A DNA stretch of 64,000 bases from Rhina ancylostomus (Eukaryota). The notes under the pieces are model-generated. The model saw nothing but the letters and a program-made list of their open reading frames with translations, did not search any database and was not told the origin of the DNA. Shown one piece after another: positions 37,671 to 51,700 of this stretch (the stretch's first letter is position 1; every line of letters begins with the position of its first letter). The stretch lies in NCBI GenBank assembly GCA_030265395.1, contig JARFYF010000064.1:18477262-18541261 (forward strand), in the 5' to 3' direction. Both the position numbers and the translations under genes were made by a program.

Positions 37671-38554
37671 CTACATTACAAAAAAAGGTTATACCACATA
37701 TTCATACTTTTACAAACATACGATGCAGTCTTAGAACCTTCAATACAAGATTCATCATGGCAGACAAAACTTCCTTCACAAGTTTGGTATATAGTGTTCA
37801 TCTCAGAAGTTTAACTGAATCAGATGCATAAATACTAAAAGGTCAGAGGCAGGTGACGTGATCAATACCCCAGCGTTTTCCTTCTTCTACAAGGCATATC
37901 AAGGGTGAGATGAATGCCTGAATGAGTGGAGCACCGATGACATCTGAAACTTAACACTATTCTGGTCAAAGCAGCTTGCTTGATTCGTGGTGCCCTATCC
38001 ATTACTCTCCATCTTCAGTCTTTCCACTGCTGGCTCACTGTGGCTCCAATGTATACCATCTGCAAACTGGATTGCAGTTACTGCCTCAGCTAGTGGTATT
38101 CACTAGTCTTCAAGTGAGGGCCACTTTTGACAAAAAGGCTTTGATGTGAAAATTATTTTAATTACTGAATTAGTACATTGCTTACTACTCTCCAATGATG
38201 TAATCTTACAGAACAACTCATAGCCAAAGCAAAGCCTGCTTGTAAAATAAAACAATACTCTTACCAAGAAAAACAGGAAATGTACAGAATTGAAAAACCA
38301 TCTTTGCAAGCTTTAAGAGTGATATTAATACTACTATACAACACATATAGTAAGGTGACTAACCAGTACTGTGTCAATAAGAATTTTTAAGCTACATGCA
38401 CCGTTGCCCACTGCCTGTCTCCTTGGTTCCCACCCCCTCCTTGACACCGTACAACTCCTCTCCTCCCTGTCCTTGAACCCTTCCCATGGAGTTTCTTCCC
38501 CCTGGCCATACTTGCCACACTGCAAAGTATTTTCATTGAAGTTTATAAACATAC

Positions 38555-38687
38555 CCTATCTTTTGGAAATTCAACTACTTCTGTCTCCCATTCAAGGGAA
38601 TCCGTGTCAATAGCGGAATCGTGGGAATTGTGAGCCATCAGCTGCCGAATCCGTGCCTCTTTCTCCAACTGGTTTTCCATTTTCTCC
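38555..38687 (-). CDS. DLG5: DLG5 exon (EKMENQLEKEARIRQLMAHNSHDSAIDTDSLEWETEVVEFPKDR)
   Basis: Translated by hand (not in ORF track); ttaaag|G acceptor, AGG|gtatg donor; 133 nt. Confidence 0.95.
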
Positions 38688-40628
38688 CTTTAACAAGTGG
38701 GAAAAATTAGAAAATCTACCTTGGGATTCAGATATATTCTGTATCAAAATAAATCTAATAACATCACTCAAATACTGATTCCCAGAATTGGCAAAAATAT
38801 GCAATTTCTGTTTTGTGTGCCTTTATGTTTACGATCTGCAGGTTTCTTCATTTGAAATATATAAATATGTGAAATTACTACAAGTTTTGGTACAAAATAA
38901 AACTGATCTCACTTGCAACTGGCCAAAGTAACAGATTAAAAAAAACTTGGAAATGTATAAATTACATGGGAAGAATAGATGAGGCCCAGTAATTCCAACA
39001 GCACACCTCTAACAGAAGAACATAAAATGTATTTTCTTTATTCCTAGTTGGTCAGAGAACCAAAATACTGAAGGAATAACTTCAACTTAAACCACCTGTT
39101 GGGGATAGGGTCAGAAGCTCTTCAGATTTTACTCTTCATTAAAGTCAATGGATATGCACAGTGTGTAGATGATGAGGAAAGAAAAACAACTGAATACAAA
39201 TTGAATGCAAATTTTGAAGAAATGATTGCAGATTTGCAAATAAAAATAGTATCAAATCCTGCTGTATATGGTTACCCTATGCTCTCCAAAAGTCTCTAAG
39301 TACAGAAGCATTCAAAAACAATTAAAGACAAAATAAACTATTCAAAACTAAAATTGGCTGAAAATGTGTATTAATACAGATACCAAATAAAACCAGAAAA
39401 GGTTGAGGAACCAGTTTTCCCTTTTGCTATTTGCATTGCACCCCATAAATCCCACAGGTATCAATGGGGTTGTAGATTCTGCATCAGATCTATCCAAGTG
39501 CAGGATCCAAGGGCCATCTGCCCACTGTAAATCTAAAGAATCTCTGCAAGACCAAACAAAGGGAGATTCTGCACTCTGAATCTGTCATAAGTTTGCAACT
39601 ACTGTGTTTGACCATGCATGTGCATAAACCCAGACTTACTTCTATTCAAATGGATATTGGTAGCAACTCTTTTAATTTAAAGCTGAATTAAATATATACT
39701 GTATTTAACTAAAGCGGTACTATAAAATGCCACCCATGCAAATAAATCACAATGAACATAACTGAAGTCCTAATCCTACTTCATGTTATGAAGAATTACA
39801 CAGAAAGCCTGTGTAGGCTTAAAATGCTGATCTTCTTCCATTAGGATAATAGCGGCTACTTTGGGGAAAATAAATTGCTTTATTTCAAATAAATCATTAC
39901 TTAATCCTAATAGTNNNNNNNNNNNNNNNNNNNNNNNNNNNNNNNNNNNNNNNNNNNNNNNNGTACTTTACCATAAAATGATTTATTTTGGTACACAATG
40001 CTAGATTCCTTGAAAAGATTACTATCATCAAAAAATAAATTACACAGAATACAAGTTGTTTAGCAATTATCCAGAAAAGGTTTTAGTGCTAGTTTTTCTT
40101 GCATAAGCATTGCACATTTCTTCAAAATAATAATAATAAAAGGTAATACTCCCAATTTGAGACAGCAATTCACAGTATGGCAGACTTTATTTAAAGCCAC
40201 AGTTGGACATTTTTGAGTGTTAACCCTGAAAGTAGCAGCACATCCATCTATCACTTGCAGACAGCTATACATCCAACGTGTCAAGTATTAAAGTTTGAGA
40301 GCTTCTATGCTAGCTTGCATGATAGGGCCATCAGCACATTATCTCTATTGTAGAGACATAAATGCATACTTCTCAACTTCAGGATGATTATAGTTGGCCG
40401 AGGGTCAGCTTGGGGAATTTTACAGAATACTACTTTAAGAACTAGACAAAGATTTTAAAGGCTTATTTTAAAACCCTTTTGGCGGGGGAGCTTCAGAAAT
40501 TGCCCTGCATATTTTCCTTTCTCTTCATCTCAGAAGTAAATTTGAGAAATGTGCTCCCCTTCTCTGCATCGGTAGAATAGATTTGCATCAATCAAACCAC
40601 ATTTGAATGTGGAGACGTTACTACTTAC

Positions 40629-40754
40629 TTCAATTCCTTAAGTTCGCGAACGGCATCATTCTTTTGCTTCATCATATCATCAAGGTCCCGAAGAGCTTCA
40701 GCCAGATCACTCACAGCTCTGTCTCTTTCCCGTCGTAAGTTATCACATAAAGTT
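40629..40754 (-). CDS. DLG5: DLG5 exon (TLCDNLRRERDRAVSDLAEALR...ELKELK)
   Basis: ttgtag|A acceptor, AA|gtaag donor; 126 nt. Confidence 0.95.
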
Positions 40755-41694
40755 CTACAACAAAAAAAATACACTTTTTGACTGAAGTAAACCGAAACCC
40801 AAAGCATTAACCATAATACAGTTGCATACAACACTTGGAGTGCAGGATTCACTGGCAAATCATAATAATACTTTTAAACTAAAACTGGCTGACACCAAAG
40901 ATTGGTGCAGCCCGTAACAAGTTATAATATAATTTTAGTACACTTTTGAGAACATTTTTTATTAATACTTAAAAGTGTAAAGTTCTGTAGGACCAGACAC
41001 ATTGTTGTGAGGCAACTTCACTACGATGGGACATCTGAAGATAGCAGAAGTTGGTTGACCCAGTAGAACAAATAAGCAACTGTAAACTCATCCAAAAGTT
41101 ACAATTCCGAGCTGGAGCACTGCAATTGGCAACTGTAGGGGCAGAAGGGGAGCAACCGTAGAGGGACAAAAAGATAAATGAGAGAAATTTTGGGAAAACA
41201 ATAATTACAATGTCAAATAGTGATCAAAAGGCAAAAATGATTTCACATTTAGGGAAAAGTTAGAAATCAGTTATTTCGTCTGCTCTATTCATGGCAATAA
41301 TCAGGATTTACCTCACCTACGGAATTTTAGGGTATAGTAAAACTCTTGGGACTTTGGTGGTGCTGGACTGGGAGATTTTCCTGACTATTGGATGTTACAT
41401 CAATTAATATTTCAACACACTTTTAATTCACATTTAAAAAAAATTTTCTCAGTGGCATAAATTTTCCAGCAATCCTGGTGTGTTAAAGGGAGTGCAGGAA
41501 ACAATCTCAAATGAGCCAGATACCAAAGCATCTGGATTTCCAAACAATCGGATTGCTAATTATTGGAGCTTTACTATTCATGACAAATTAGGAAGTATTA
41601 TTTTAAAAAATACTATGAAGGAGTTCACCCAGCCATATCTTAACAGCAGCATTAACAGTAAAGATTCTGTAACTCCATCATATGAACGGACAAA

Positions 41695-42125
41695 TTAGAA
41701 ACTGTCAGCCACTTGGCTCCTCGAGCTTTCTCCATTATTTAGTCAGATTATGGCTGATCTGACTGCAACCTCAACTTTACATCAATGAGTCTAACTACAC
41801 TAATCTTTCACCCTTTATCAGGTACTTATGTAACCTTTGCATTAAAAATATTTAAAGACTCCACTTTCATTGCCCTTTGAGGAAGAGAATTCCAAGGACT
41901 CACAACTCTCCAAGAAAAATTGGCACCTCATCTGTCTTATATGAGAATCTCTTACTTTTTCTCCCCAGTGATCCTTAGCTCCAAGAAGGAAAATCTCATT
42001 CACATCCATCCAGGATGATGACCTCTTTTTCATTTTTCTTGCCAAAATAGAGAAATACTACATTTTCCCACATTTGCCAGATCTTTGCCCATTCACTTAA
42101 CCTATCGATATCCCTAAATAGCCTT
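41695..42125 (-). mobile_element. CR1 LINE 3' fragment, internally deleted
   Basis: RDIDRLSEWAKIWQM plus 3'UTR. Confidence 0.8.
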
Positions 42126-42604
42126 ACTTTCCATAGGGCCAATACTCCCTTTGTTTGCTCTTTTAAACATCCATTGAAAATCTTAATATCTTTTTTCATG
42201 CAGATAAAATGGTCTTAAAGTCAAGTTACAATTTGTACAAGAAGGTGGAAGCAAATAGGATAGGAATAAAACAACTGGTCTGTGTATTGTATGATTATGA
42301 AGAAAATGATATTAGTGTCCAGAATCCAAATTGTTCTCATGTGGTCCTAGAATTCTGAAATTACTGGCAACTAGTAATTTAAATATTCTGAAGACCTATC
42401 TTTTAAAAATACTTCAGGGTGAAGACATAAGCAATTTTCTTTTTAAGGTCACTCTATTGCTCAAACAGCCAAGTGTTTGAACAATATTTCTGAGCTGGAG
42501 AAAAGATTAGACTAACAACCCCAAGCAGTGGCCTTAACTGGCATAAATTCCTCTTAATGTTTTTTAGTAATCTTATAAAGGGTGGATCTGGTTAATATCA
42601 AGTG

Positions 42605-43330
42605 GGAAGTTAAAAATTGCAGATATCAGAAATTTAAATGAAAACAGAATGCTGCAAACATTCTGAAGGTCAGTCAGCATTACTGGAGAGAGAACTTCAG
42701 TTAAGGTTTCATTTCAATGATCCTCCATTAGAACTGAGAAAGTGAGAAAACAAATTGCAAACAGGGAGGTTGGAGAGACCAAAGAGAATGTCTGTGATAG
42801 GGCAGAGATCTAAGTTGTCCAGGTGACACAATTGTATTTGATGCTATCTAATTAATCATAGTTGATCGGTCAGGTTGTGAATAAACAGAGGAAGATGAGA
42901 ACAAAAACAATCTGCTGGAACTGTGAGCAGAAATAAAAGAGAATGTAGGAAATAATAGATCAGCCAGCAGCCATGATGAGAGAAAAACTGAGTTAATATC
43001 ACAGGTCCATGACTTGGATAAGAAATGGTCAGTTCTGACACAAACAGGAAAGGCAGGTTTTCTGAAGTGGTTTGAATATTGAATTCCAACAGTTGCAACC
43101 CGCATGGACAAAAGATGAGAATAATTTTATCACTAGGCAGCTGTGTCTCTAACTTTCACAGGCATTCCCTTTGGCCTCTCCACCCTGTTCCTCTCTGTGA
43201 TTTAAAGCACATTTACTTTTTCACTTTACCAGTTCTGATTACGGGTGACTGACCCAAAGACTTAATTATTTCTCTGTCTACAGATGATGTCTGACTTGCT
43301 ATTTCCAGTATTCCCTGTTTTGCTACTGGA
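42605..43330. mobile_element. Old Penelope-derived element with inverted terminal arms
   Basis: tgcagatatcagaaat..ggtcagtcagcat arm and inverse cagatgatgtctgacttgct..tttccag arm. Confidence 0.55.
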
Positions 43331-43439
43331 ATCATACCGAGGATGTGTTATCTTTAGAATGAAAGGAAATTGTGATCTGAGTAGAGAAGCTTAATCAGTA
43401 AGTCATTTATAGATTTAAAGGACTCCGGGAGCACTTTAC

Positions 43440-43624
43440 CTTATGCTTTCTCTTTCTGCAACTATTTTATCTCGTTCTTGGAATGCCCAGTCTCGCCTAC
43501 GTTTAGCCACTTCTGCCTCCTGTATGCCTTCCTTTAGTTCCTGGGACATGGCCTCACACTGCTTCCGCAGCATCTCGATTTCCTTACCGGCCCTTTCCAT
43601 GTCCAACGTGGCCGAGTCTTGTTT
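43440..43624 (-). CDS. DLG5: DLG5 exon (KQDSATLDMERAGKEIE...DWAFQERDKIVAERESIR)
   Basis: ttacag|AAA acceptor, AG|gtaaa donor; 185 nt. Confidence 0.95.
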
Positions 43625-43754
43625 CTGTAAATTCAAACACTAAACAATTTGTGCTGCTTTGCAAATTTCACTAGCGATTTAAACTTTATTATCGTAAACA
43701 ATGATAAAGAAACAAAATACTCAAAAAGACCATTTTTGCACAAAACAATGGTTA

Positions 43755-44030
43755 GAAATAGTGTAGCGGTTAGTGTAATGCTATTACAGCACCAGTGACG
43801 TGGGTTCAATTCCCCCGCTGTCTGTAAAGAGTTTGTACGTTCTCCCCATATCTGTGTAGGTTTCCTCTGGGTGCTCCGGTTTCCTCCCACATTCCAAAGA
43901 CGTACAGGTTAGGAGCTGTGGACATGCTATATTGGCACTGGAAGAGCAGTGACACTTGAGTGTTGCCCCCCGCACATTCTCATTCACCGTGTGTTTTGAT
44001 GTACATGTGACTTAATAAATAAATATCTTA
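43755..44030 (+). mobile_element. V-SINE
   Basis: tRNA-like head gtagcggttagtgtaatgc..gggttcaattcc; V-domain gagtttgtacgttctcccc..gggtgctccggtttcctcccacattccaaagacg; tail gtacatgtgacttaataaa. Confidence 0.9.
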
Positions 44031-45689
44031 TCCAGTTATTCAGCGACTAATGCCTGATGGTCACATTTACAAAAAATGTATAAAATATTGATACCTAAGT
44101 ACAAGATATTTTCACTTAATCTTTGCAAATCAATGCTAAGTTTGACAGCCACTATCAATTTTCTAAAAAAAAATTGCTCATTTGAATGATTTCCAAAACT
44201 GAAGTGAAAAAGCTTTCCAGCAGTTAACTCTTATAAACCTGTTTGGCATTAAGTCAAGAAACAAAAAACAACTGAATGGCATTGATAACAAGTGTCTACC
44301 ATACCTTCAAGGCTCAAAAAGAACTTTATATCCACAATTTTTGGAGAGAAACCAGTGTTAAGTGTACAGCAACAGATTTGTGTACAGCCAAATGCCATAA
44401 ATAAAAGGTGTAATGAAAACGGAACAAAGATGTCAATTGGAGTTTGATTAGATATGGTTATATTATGAAAAATAACCAGACCTACAATGTTTATAGCTAG
44501 ATTTCTAGCTTATGTTCCTAATTTTATGGAAATTAAGATCATATAATTAATACTTAATTATCCTCAAGTACTTAGTACTCTTTAGCAATGGAGAAAAGAT
44601 TGCTGATTGGCCGGAAATAATTTTACTGAGGTCAGTGAATGTATATGGCATTTGAAGATTTCGTGCTTATTGAATACTCAAAAGTTGCTCATTTCTTAGA
44701 ATAGTAAAACTTAATTTAATCCCACAGGTATTTAATTGCACATTATTCTTGCCCTTAAGCTAAAGTCATACTCTGCCACTGTAGTGTGAAAAGTTATAAT
44801 TGTAACTAAAAAGATGAAATCCAAAATAAAAATAAAGAACACTGCTAATACTCAACAGGTTTTCCCTGTACATTCAAAGAAATAGTTTATCATCAGTGTT
44901 GAACACAGCATCACTTCATCTTTTCCCTTCATGGGTGGCAAGAATAGGGAAAAAAAACTCTGTATTTTTAGGCAGCAAGGAAGATTAATGACAAAAAGCA
45001 GTATTACCTCATTATTGGTTCAGAGTGAGTGGCCACCATACAGGATTAGAATGGTGTTAAGAGTAATCTTGCAGTAAAATTGCTTTGCTGGAGATACTGG
45101 CAATAGGAACAGTATTTTTTCTAAAACACACAGTTGGAGAAGACACTCTACCAATGGTGAAACAAACAAAGAAAAAGGCCATGGTCCTTAGATGGCTCAT
45201 CTTATAGAAGGAACTCAAAAAGACATTGAATGGATGAGTTAAATTCATGGGAAACTCCAGATAAATGGAACAGTAGTGATATTAAGTATTTGCCATTCTT
45301 TGGAGAGAAGCTACCAGCTTACTGGATAACTTTAGACATCCACTGAAAGAAAGCCCATCACCACAGGAATTGACAACTGTAATGATAGGACTCTGCAAAA
45401 TGCTACTACCAAAATACATGTTACCAATTAAGCCACTTCTGGGTACAAGCAAAGCAAGTGATCTCACAATCCTGCCAGGATTGACTTCAAAAAAAAAGAA
45501 TATTTTCAGTTTGGAGTTTCTCCCAGCTCACTATGAAGATGAAAGGTCAGAAGTAACAGCTTCTGCCTAACTTCTGTGGGGAGCCCAATAAAAAAGTACC
45601 AGCTATCATCACTCAGAGGTAACACAGGAAGTAAGACTTCAACTTCACTGGCAGAAGCAAAGTTGAAAACAGGATAAAACAACATCTAG

Positions 45690-45950
45690 AGTCCAGAGAA
45701 TTTTGGTACATTATTGCAAGTGCATCTACTATAACCTCCACTATTTCTTTCAGTACCCTGGGATGCATCCCATCAGGACCAGGGGATTCATCTATCTTTA
45801 GGCCCACTAGTTTGCTCATCTCTATCTCTTCAGTGACAGTGATTGTATCGAGGTCCTCACCTCCCATCACATCCATACCATCTCTATTTGGCACGTTAGA
45901 CATGTCCTCCACTGTGAAGACTGACACAAAATAGTTATTCAAGGCTTTTC
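45690..45950 (-). mobile_element. CR1 ORF2 internal fragment
   Basis: LNNYFVSVFT..LKIDESPGPDGMHPRVLKE. Confidence 0.9.
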
Positions 45951-46049
45951 CACCCTTTCCCACTTTGTATAATTATAAAAACTTTTACTGTTTTTATATT
46001 TTGTGCTAATTTACTTTCACAGCTTTAACGTGTCCCATTTTTTTTTGTC

Positions 46050-46292
46050 AAATGTCCTCAATAATCTATTAATACAGCTCCATAAATATCAACTACCTCG
46101 GCTTCATCCTATCAGAGATTTCCCTTTTATCAAAACCATCTCCCAATCTCTCTGCAACTGATAATTTACTTTATCATTTTCCCAGTTCTGATGAAGGGCT
46201 TTCAATCTGAAAGGTAAACTCATTTTCTCTATCCACAGATGTTGCCTGGCCTATTGAGAGTTCCCTGCATTTTCTGTTTTCACATCAGATTT
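46050..46292 (+). mobile_element. Penelope-derived terminal repeat with hammerhead-like core
   Basis: agttCTGATGAagggctttcaatctGAAAggtaaact, then ccacagatgttgcctggcc. Confidence 0.65.
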
Positions 46293-47930
46293 AAAATGAT
46301 TGAGATATTGATTAAAATGATTGAAAGAACCACAGATATCACCACGAAAAGCATTCTTATGCTAACCCTAACCTAATGTCCAACAGACTACTGGAAGCAA
46401 ATTCAAAAGGGATATGGGTCAATACAAGGAAAAAGTAAAAAAAAGAGCACCAGCATTTCACAATTCTGTAAAGCTAAGAGTGAAGAATGAAATCTCACTG
46501 CAGGGTACCTGGGAAAGAGCTGGTATTCCACAGTAAAGGAGTGTGACATCACAATATGTACAACAGCAAATGAACCCACATGGACAAATACAATGACAAT
46601 GTGTGACTCAAGTTGAGAGATTTACATTTCAGCAGACACTCCAGTATTTTAAGTTTCAATCGTAAATCAGTAAAAACATGGCAGTGGAAGATTTGAAATG
46701 ATTCTGCTGCGCTTTATATATTTTATAGTAAAATACTAAATAGTCGGTACCACAAATTCTCTTCTGCACTAAAGTTCAAAAGCAAACATCTCCGAACTAA
46801 ACCTATTTTAAGAACTTAAAAGAACTTTCAGTCCTGAAGTGTTTGTCATGGTACCCATTGTATTTGACTTCTTCCATACCAAGGGAAACATCCACTTATA
46901 CAGCATCACTCACAATTTCAGCAAAGACCAATGTAGTTACTGTTATAATCTGTTGAACGAGCCAGTTATTTTCTTTGCACAGCAAGAGCCCACGAACAGC
47001 CACATGTTAAATGCCCAGATGTGTTTTTAGGTATTGCATTCCCACAGTACTGCACTGGAATATCAACCTGGATTTTTCAACTCAAATTCCCATTGTTGGA
47101 CCTAAAACCACAACCTGTCACTTCAGGGTGAAATCCTACCATGGAGCCAAGAATTGCACCATTTGTTGGAAAAACAGTTCAAGTCAGTGTTGGAAATTGA
47201 GTGCTCAATTATGTTCGAATGATAAGAATTGTAATNNNNNNNNNNNNNNNNNNNNNNNNNNNNNNNNNNNNNNNNNNNNNNNNNNNNNNNNNNNNNNNNN
47301 NNNNNNNNNNNNNNNNNNNNNNNNNNNNNNNNNNNGAATGATAAGAATTGTAATGGCATTTGGAATCTAGATTTCACTACTTTAGCTTTCATGATGCACA
47401 TTAGTACTTCCAGAACACAACAATCTCACTTTTCATTTTATAATAACTAATGATATTTTGCCAAAGCCAAGGCAGGGATTTTGCTGCACTTTTTGTAAAT
47501 TTTGCATTTTCATCATTTCAAGTTCCACTGGGGAAAAACAAGCAAATCACCACCAATTCAGATTTAGTCCAGAGAGAACAGTATCTTTTGAAGATTTAGT
47601 GTCCACTGACCAAACTGAGCAACATCTCCAAAGTACTATTGGCAGTAAATACCATTACATACGCCAGATTATGTGAGAGTGCGATAGTCAACATTCTAGG
47701 TCTGGATCAGAATGTTCATTTTCTTAAAGGAAAATTCCAATTTTAAGCAACTAGTAATACATTTAGCATCAATAATTTTTTGAAGTTGAAATTGCCCTTA
47801 ACAAAAATTAAAATTGAAATAACCAAGCTTTTACATATTACACAAAACACAATGGAGCACTCACATGATTAAGAGATATTTACAATACATGGCAGTGCAT
47901 AAAACAACTCTGTACGAGGGCAAAATTCAC

Positions 47931-48161
47931 CTGTCGTGCCTGGTAGTACTCCCGCAGCAACTGATCTCTCTGGATGATAGCTTCTGTTCTTTCTTTCCTA
48001 GCAACATCTCTCTCTTCTTTCACAGTCTCAATATCCTTACAAGCCTGATCAAGCTCCTTTTGAGCTTCTGCTTTGTCCTTCACTTCATGGCAGTATTTCT
48101 CCAGCAGTTCATTCCTCTCACAGATAGCATGATCTCGCTCTACCAACGCAGAATGAAGCTC
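47931..48161 (-). CDS. DLG5: DLG5 exon, extra coiled-coil segment (ELHSALVERDHAICERNELLEKY...REYYQARQ)
   Basis: tttcag|GAG acceptor, CAG|gtgaa donor; 231 nt, phase 0-0, open, charged heptad-like composition. Confidence 0.9.
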
Positions 48162-48564
48162 CTGAAATTTAGTTGCAACACAAGTGATATCACCATTTTC
48201 ATGAACATGACAAAAGCACCATCTCATATGCTGCTCCCACTTTGAACCCATAAATAATTTTATGTTTGGAAAATAATGTGCTTCAACAAATATGTAACAG
48301 ATGGTTTTAATTTTAAATATCACATTTATGTAAACTGTAGGGAATATTTTACATTACACCTTTTCACCATTTTCAAAGTCACATATCACAAAAGCATTAG
48401 CACTGCCAGCAAGCAATTACATTAGTTACTGAAATGCTCAACTATCCTGATGTGAGATATATTTTGTTTCATCCTATTGATTCAGATTTATTAATTCATT
48501 TTATCCTTTCCATTTTTTTTCCCTTAAAAAAAAATCAATTTCATGCATATTAAATGAAAATCAA

Positions 48565-48745
48565 GGTAACTCCAAGTGCCAGAAATCTGAATGAAAACAG
48601 AAAATGTTGAAAACACTCAGCAGGTCAGGCAGTATCAGTCGAAAGAGAAATGGTATTAACCTTCCAGGTCCAAGACTTTTCGTCAGCAACATTAACTCTT
48701 TTTCTCTTTCCTGGGCTGCTTAATGTTTCCAGCATTTTCTGTTTC
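48565..48745. mobile_element. Short fold-back Penelope-derived element
   Basis: aaaacagaaaatgttgaaaacac / gtttccagcattttctgtttc inverted arms. Confidence 0.6.
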
Positions 48746-50231
48746 ATGTATAATTGTTCCTGATTGAGAGATCAAAGTGGATGGAGGGGCAGAAATTTAG
48801 GGTGGGGCTGGTAGTGAGGGTAACAATGTTCTGCCTGCCTTATTACTGCTATGTTGGTGGCAAAAGCACTTTTGCTGATGGGTTTCCATGATTGTTGTGA
48901 GAAACTTGATTTTTGCTTTGCATTCTTTTGCAAACAGCACAGCTGACAAACATAATTTAACAGACTGTGAGCATGTTCCCACATTTTATTGCTAAGTGGC
49001 ATAGTGGAATCAATTGCTGTGCAATATCTTTCCTTAACGCATTTGTTTTTAATATTTTGATCAATATCCTACTCTATTTCATTAAAGATTCTGTATTGCA
49101 TAATTTTTTGACCAATCAGCAAGATATTTCAATATTGCTTAATTTGAAGTAGAATTTATTCAAGCCAGTTGATGGCACTTAAAATGAATAGAACACCACA
49201 CTACAAACTTGTCCAATCAATCATCGTGGCATGAATAAAATGCAAAATTATAATAAGCCTTTACAGATTGTGAAATAAAGCTCATAACTGTCACTCACAA
49301 TATGAGAATTAGCCAAGTATAGTCCCCAACCTTAAATTTCGTCAGTTAAGGAGATGCATTTCTAGTCTCACCATTCAGTAAGGTCCCAGATGCCCTGCTG
49401 CCTCCATTAGGCTGCAATCAATTCACAGTGCCATGAAAGTAAAAATATTCAAACTATGAGATGCCTGACCAGCAAGACCTGGCTCACTGTATGGCTGTGA
49501 GATTAACTAAAATCCCACTGTATCTTAAATATTCAACATGCAGCAATAGGTTTGCATGACATGGATAAAGTATGGAAGTCTGACATAATACAGCAAAATA
49601 ATTGAACTTATCTCATCAGAATTCTGGCATGAAACTCATCCTGGCACAGACCAAGAATAGATTAGATCCTGGACCTTAAAGCAGCACTCAAGCATTCCTC
49701 CTGAATACAAGATATCAAACATTTCACTGAATGCAAATGACTGTCAAAAGCCAACCAATAAAGGGTTGGTGTGACAGTGCTGAGGCTAAGAGAGATATGC
49801 AAATAAAATGGCGTTATCTTACTACCACATAAAAATCATTTGGGAGCACATATCCTGTGTTGTAAAACCCATGTCCATGTGATAAATCCCAGCAGGACAA
49901 ATATCAGGAGCTTTCTATTTAATGCAATGTTATCCATTTCACATTACCATCCACTGTCTCTGCCTCAAAACTACAATATAGGAAGGGAAATCATATAATA
50001 CTGTCATTGGAAAATTTTGATTTAATCTGGCTCAAAACTAAAACTCTTTTTTACAAAGCCAAAGTAATTACTGCTAAACGAATTACCTAACATAAATGAG
50101 CACTACTTTACTAAAGGGCTTTCCGTGGCTGAAAAGTAAAATTCTTGAAATAATAAATTTGATTTTATTTAATCAGCTCTCCAAAATCAATCTGAAGAGG
50201 TGGGAATTGAAAAGAATAGGTATTTAAAACA

Positions 50232-50406
50232 ATCTGCTGAAGGATCTCAGCAGATTGAGCAGCATCTGTGGCGGGAAAGGAATTGTCTATATTTTGGGTC
50301 AAAACCCTGCATCAGTTGACAATTCCTTTTCTCCCACAGATGCTACTCAATGCTACTTATTGCTTGTTGCTCCAGATTCTAGCATCTGCAGTCTCTTGTG
50401 TCTCCA
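50232..50406 (-). mobile_element. Fold-back Penelope-derived element with 14-bp TSD
   Basis: Perfect direct repeat aggtatttaaaaca at 50218-50231 and 50407-50420; internal inverted arms. Confidence 0.85.
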
Positions 50407-51700
50407 AGGTATTTAAAACATTTCCAAATTCCAAATGGCTGTAATCAGGTGATCTTACTCTGTCTGCCTTTTATTGAGCGTCAATCTCAATGAGATTCAG
50501 AATAAAAAAAATTACATTGTTTCACATTCATTTGTTAGCAATCGACACCATTCTTAAACCTTGCATCAACAGCTGCTTTCAACTGTTCTATCAGACACTT
50601 CTCAACAAGAATTGAAAAGAACACTATATTACACCAATAGATATTTTTAGAAATTACTCCACCCAGTTTCTAATCACAGAGGTTAAAAGATCAGTACTCT
50701 TGGGACTACAAACACTGCCAATATCAGGAATAGTAAATGATTAATTTGAGAATTATGAACACAAGGATACTACTTTTCTAATAAGTAGTCGCCTTGACGC
50801 TGCTTTGCTTCACTTGTTTCTTTGAAAATACCACCCATAANNNNNNNNNNTTGTTTTAGTAAAGAAACTGCATTGCAGCCGCTCACCATGCGATGGGATA
50901 GAAAAAGAAACTGGCCGTGCTCAGTTCTCTCAAAAACCTGATTGAGGGTACCCATACATTAAGGGCTTGAGTTTTTCATTTTATTTCTTGACTCAATTTG
51001 GGAGTGCTTTATTTTTTGTTATTAGTTCAGTAAATTCTGGTATTTTCAATTACTAAAAAACCCCACTGAATTTTTCATCCTATAAAGTGCAACTAAATCG
51101 AAATTGTAAATAAAATATGAAACTAATTCAAGCTTTACTTCATTATTTCTTCAACAAAATCATGTAATCACAAACGCCTTTAATTTCTGCCCCATTTTTG
51201 CCTGTTTTTGTTCCTCTGATCTTTTACACTGTCAGAACATTGACCAATGCATTCCACAGGCAAATGAAATTGGACAGCAGTTTACACAAGCATTTTAAAA
51301 GCTGCATGTGACATTCCTACAGCAAAATGAATAAAAGTTTAAATTCTGTATGCTGGCATTTTAAAAAGACAAACTCTAAATATATTAATATACTGACAGT
51401 TTTTCAAAGTTTTAATCAAAACACTGAAACAAAGTATCTCACAGAATTAGCAATTCCAAGCTCTCTCTCTCTCTCTCAAACACTCTCCTGCAGTGGTTTG
51501 AACATCAACTGACAATACTGAGCCCAATAAACACCCAAGTCTTTCATTAGCTCATGTTCCCCTTTGAAGTTCATAATATGACTTTCAGAGAAACCCATGT
51601 GAATGGTTTGTAGACAATAGGAAAAAGGATAATATTATAAGGGATTCCAGAGTACTGGAATGAATGCTAAAGAACACTAAAAGGTGCTGTTAGATCTTAC

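Noticed and set aside
47217-47354. 19-bp direct repeat gaatgataagaattgtaat on both sides of an N gap (similarly agaagtttg around 18118-18217)
   Set aside because: Most simply contig-end overlap at scaffold gaps; cannot be told apart from a TSD without reads.
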